This document shows, one piece after another, positions 62,987-64,000 of a stretch of 64,000 nt of DNA. Below the pieces are notes generated by a model, which worked only from the letters and a program-made list of their open reading frames with translations, was not told the origin of the DNA and did not search any database. The position numbers were made by a program, and so were the translations under genes. Within the stretch, counting starts at the first letter, position 1; each line of letters starts with the position of its first letter. This DNA is from the human T2T-CHM13v2.0 reference genome, Homo sapiens, in NCBI RefSeq assembly GCF_009914755.1, contig NC_060935.1. One strand, given 5' to 3'.

Positions 62987-63290
62987 GGCCGGGTGTGGTG
63001 GCTCATGCCTGTAATCCCAGCACTTTGGGAGACCGAGGTGGGTGGATCAAGAGGTCAGGAGTTCAAGACCAACCTGGCCAAGATGATGAAACCCCATCTC
63101 TACTAAAAATACAAAAATTAGCCAGGCGTGGTGGCACGTGTCTGTAATCCCAGGTACTTGGGAGGCTGAGGCAGAGAATTGCTTAAATCCAGGAGACAGA
63201 GGTTGCAGTGAGCCAAGATCATGCCACTGCACTCCAACCTGGGCGACAGAGTGAGACTCCATCTCAAAAAAAAAAAAAAAAAGAAGAAGA
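62987..63290 (+). mobile_element. Alu (AluS-like)
   Basis: Complete dimer with poly-A and (AAG)n tail. Confidence 0.95.
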
Positions 63291-63639
63291 AGAATGAAAT
63301 CATGTCCTTTGCAACAACATGGATGCAGCTGGAGGTCATTATCCTAACCAAATTAACGCAGGAAAAGAAAACTAAATACCACATGTTCTCATTTATAAGT
63401 GGGAGCCAAACATTGGGTAAACATGGACATAAAGATTGAAACAATAAATACCAGCGACTACCTGGGGAGGAAGTAAGGGGGCAAAGACTGAAAAACTACC
63501 TATTAGATACTATGCTCAGCACCTGGGTGACAGGATTAATCATACCCCAAACCTCAGCATCACACAATCTATCTTCATGTGTATCCCTTGAATCTAAAAT
63601 AAAAGTTGAATTTATTTTTAAAAAGTACTTTTTTTGTTG

Positions 63640-63915
63640 GATGAGTGATACATTAGAAATAACATATCTGGATTTCAGCAAAACACTTGACAAATGGTCT
63701 CAAATATCTTTACTGTACTATATATTTCTTATAGTAGACCCTGTTTTAATCACCCTTTGTATCTTTAGCATCTATCTGGCATAAAAAATAAACGTTTGTT
63801 GAATTTAATTAATCAAGCCTTGTGGATATATGAATAAATGCAAGCTAAATGTTAGCATGCTCAACAAAGTTTCTAATAATATGTAAAATGACAGAATTAG
63901 GACCCCAAAAGATCT
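63640..63915 (+). mobile_element. L3/CR1 RT relic, interrupted by a short L2 end
   Basis: Translates YLDFSKTLDK (CR1 YLDFSKAFDK motif); gacagaattaggaccccaaaagatct downstream. Confidence 0.5.
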
Positions 63916-64000
63916 CAAAAAAAAACCATAAAGAGTAAGAAAGAGCATATAACCACAGATACAAAAAAGAAGAAAAGAAAACAATATGTCAACTTTGTGC

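Larger units (their letters stand above)
61810..63615 (+). mobile_element. L1PA15/16-like 3' end interrupted by a younger L1 and an Alu
   Basis: Host L1 at 61810-61934 resumes at 62939 and ends gaatctaaaataaaagttgaa. Confidence 0.8.

Overview
Primate (human or great-ape-like) AT-rich genomic DNA dominated by transposable elements. I could not support any intact protein-coding gene; every long ORF in the track is a LINE-1 remnant. The main features are two full-length, TSD-flanked, inactivated L1s in direct orientation: L1PA3/PA4-like at 2286-8453 and L1PA6/PA7-like at 18123-24272. The window also holds many older L1 fragments, about 17 Alu/FLAM/FAM copies, MaLR and ERV1 LTRs, Charlie1-like and Tigger4-like DNA transposons split by later insertions, and MIR, L2 and L3 relics. 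Two tailless small-RNA retropseudogenes are present, one from unspliced pre-tRNA-Ile(TAT) and one from 7SL. The plus-strand bias of long L1s suggests an intron of a minus-strand gene. Most notable observations: (1) patchy near-identity and shared non-consensus bases between the two full-length L1s, suggesting ectopic gene conversion; (2) an ~89-bp unique-sequence duplication whose edges coincide with C/D-box motifs on the minus strand; (3) the pre-tRNA retrocopy. Subfamily calls come from remembered diagnostics, not a RepeatMasker run, and boundaries of old elements are approximate.
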